A stretch of DNA of 64,000 nucleotides, taken from assembly GCA_010093605.1 (NCBI GenBank), contig MU004189.1:1805834-1869833 (forward strand). The letters are read 5' to 3'. The notes under the pieces were generated by a model. It had not been told where the DNA came from, ran no database searches, and worked only from the letters and a program-made list of their open reading frames with translations. A program made the position numbers and the translations under genes. Below are positions 63,931-64,000 of this stretch, piece by piece. The first letter of the stretch is position 1. The number at the start of each line of letters is the position of its first letter. The DNA comes from Lophium mytilinum (lineage: Eukaryota).

Positions 63931-64000
63931 GTAGTGTGGTTGCAGTAGACGAGCAGTCCCGTACACTCATGCACATTCCTCCTTCATATTCGAATGTTCA

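Noticed and set aside
1..64000. tRNA/rRNA genes, intact transposons, Starship captain recombinase
   Set aside because: None recognised by eye; a tRNAscan/Rfam/TE search would be needed to exclude them.

Overview
Gene-dense eukaryotic DNA from a filamentous ascomycete (short GT-AG introns with CTRAC branch sites; Pezizomycotina, possibly Dothideomycete, by inference only). Conserved genes: AUR1 IPC synthase (5'-truncated), CutC, a GH5 beta-1,6-glucanase, a PCI-domain CSN12/Thp1-like gene, a flavin monooxygenase, RAD54, a DUF3176-like membrane protein, a pseudouridine glycosidase-PfkB kinase fusion, OST1, MPE1/RBBP6, a GapA/Sar1 RasGAP, a DUF6594-like gene and a type II NADH dehydrogenase. The ~2.8-23.9 kb segment looks accessory. 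It holds a damaged alpha/beta hydrolase, a small secreted Cys-rich protein, two F-box-like orphans, a tandem pair of coiled-coil/CxxC paralogs (one decaying), an inverted head-to-head pair of paralogous membrane proteins, a methyltransferase, an RfeG-like gene and degenerate non-coding tandem repeats. The most striking items are a stand-alone ORF beside RAD54 that fuses a catalytically dead Ty1/copia-type protease to a cellular-looking domain (candidate domesticated retrotransposon gene), and a RAD54 start codon created only by splicing. Family names come from my recognition of motifs, not from database searches.
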